A stretch of DNA of 15,022 bases, from assembly GCA_020833025.1 (NCBI GenBank), contig JAJHRB010000039.1, positions 1 through 15,022 on the forward strand. The letters run 5' to 3'. The stretch comes from Thermoproteaceae archaeon. GTDB taxonomy: Archaea > Thermoproteota > Thermoprotei > Thermoproteales > Thermoproteaceae. Of this stretch, positions 13,802 through 15,022 are shown piece after piece. The position numbers and the translations under genes are program-made. The notes under the pieces were generated by a model. The model ran no database searches. It was not told where the DNA came from and saw only the letters and a list, made by a program, of their open reading frames with translations. How positions within the stretch are numbered: the stretch's first letter is position 1; each line of letters starts with the position of its first letter.

Positions 13802-15022
13802 ATGCGCGCGGCGTTTCTCGCGCCGGCCCTGCTCGCGGCTGTGGCGCTGGCACTGCAGCTCCCGCTAGTCGAGGTGCGGGACTGGAATGCCAGGCCGCTC
13901 GCCGCCGGCACTGCCGTCGTGACGGACGCGGCCGGCAATATCGTTGCGGTGGCCTACGTGACGGACGGCAGGCTGGACCGCGCGCTGCCGTGGGGCCCCG
14001 GTTACGCGCTCAGGGTTGCGTGGGGCCACGTGACTAGAGAGGACATAGAGAGGGGGCTTGCAATCTGGATATACGACAGCTCCAACCCGCTTGACGTCGC
14101 GCTGCTCGGCAGCCCGGAGCACGCAAGCATACGCACCTATGTCTACCCGCTTGCCGTGACGCTGACCGACTCCATGGGGAGGCCTGTGGCGGGCTGCAGT
14201 GTTGTCGTAATTGACGAGGCCACCGGCGGGAGGCTGTACAGGGGCACCGGAGAGACCGACTCGACTGGCACGACGAGGGTGGTGCCCGTGCAGCCGCCGT
14301 CGCGGCACTCGCAAGTGCCGCACGGCACCTTCAGGATAGAGGCTTACTGCGACGGCGTGATGGCGGCGAGCGCCAGCTATAGAATCGAGAGGGGGGCCGC
14401 GGTGCCCGCGGAGGGCTGGAACGCCCGGCTCGTGGTCAATCTGGCGCCCTCCCTGCCGGCCCGCGGGGGCCTTGAGGCCAGGGGCTACCTCGCCGTTCGG
14501 GGCGTCAGGTTCGCGAACGGCACGGCGGGCAGCATTATCGTGCCCCTGACAATTGCGGAAGGCGCTGCCGTGCTGGAGAGGGCCGTCCCGCTGCTGCCTG
14601 AGTACGGCGCCGAGGTCTACATAACCGCAGTTCGCGCGGGCGGGGTCGAGCTGGCGGTGCTCGGCGGGAGGCGCTTGGTGTTCAACGGGAGCGCCCAGCA
14701 GCTGACTGGCGGCGTTGACCTATCGCGGCTCGCGTCGCGCGTGGTCGTGCGCGCGGTGGGCCGCGAGGGCCTCGAGCGCGGAGACGTGGCGCTGGAAATC
14801 CTGGCGGGAGGTCACGTTGTGGCGAGAGGGCAGGGCCGTGTCGAGGCGGTGCTGCCGGCGAGCGAGCTAGTGGGGAGCTACACGCTGAGAGTAAGCATGC
14901 CGGGAGGAACGACTGAAGAGCTCCCGCTCGCCGTGGGGGGTCCCGCGGTCAACATAACAGTGGCAGTCGTCAGGGTCGCGGTGCGGGCAATTGACGGCTT
15001 CGGCCAGACGCGCCCCCTTTCA
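13802..15022 (+). CDS. Large secreted/cell-surface protein with Ig/transthyretin-like beta domains (3' truncated by window edge)
   Basis: Open from ATG 13802 to the window end (407 codons, absent from the ORF track because it has no stop). Signal peptide MRAAFLAPALLAAVALA and repeated 'V.V.D..G(R/Q)P(L/V)' motifs. TTTAAAA at 13777-13783. Confidence 0.8.
   Translation, partial: MRAAFLAPALLAAVALALQLPLVEVRDWNARPLAAGTAVVTDAAGNIVAVAYVTDGRLDRALPWGPGYALRVAWGHVTREDIERGLAIWIYDSSNPLDVALLGSPEHASIRTYVYPLAVTLTDSMGRPVAGCSVVVIDEATGGRLYRGTGETDSTGTTRVVPVQPPSRHSQVPHGTFRIEAYCDGVMAASASYRIERGAAVPAEGWNARLVVNLAPSLPARGGLEARGYLAVRGVRFANGTAGSIIVPLTIAEGAAVLERAVPLLPEYGAEVYITAVRAGGVELAVLGGRRLVFNGSAQQLTGGVDLSRLASRVVVRAVGREGLERGDVALEILAGGHVVARGQGRVEAVLPASELVGSYTLRVSMPGGTTEELPLAVGGPAVNITVAVVRVAVRAIDGFGQTRPLS

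Overview
GC-rich archaeal chromosomal window, most likely from a Thermoproteaceae member (Pyrobaculum/Thermoproteus-like). This is inferred from the aIF2-gamma and Taw1 sequences, TATA boxes ~25 nt before apparently leaderless starts, a non-canonically placed tRNA intron and the CRISPR repeat type. Housekeeping genes: SplB-like radical SAM protein (5' partial), metal ABC ATPase, tRNA-His(GUG) with an intron inside the anticodon, aIF2-gamma, Taw1, pyruvoyl-type PanD, TSUP exporter plus partner, amidohydrolase, and a secreted surface protein (3' partial). Accessory patches: a PIN toxin flanked by two antitoxin-like paralogs, two clan-AA aspartic-protease-like genes, two convergent MNT-HEPN pairs and gene remnants. 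There are no cas genes, but there are two homologous CRISPR leaders that align without gaps. One drives a repeat-spacer-repeat mini-array, the other ends in a single repeat and has a decayed TATA box. A fourth, inverted degenerate repeat lies on the far side of the second leader. A ~214-nt highly structured intergenic RNA candidate (520-733) is unexplained. All family calls come from motif recognition by eye; no database search was run.
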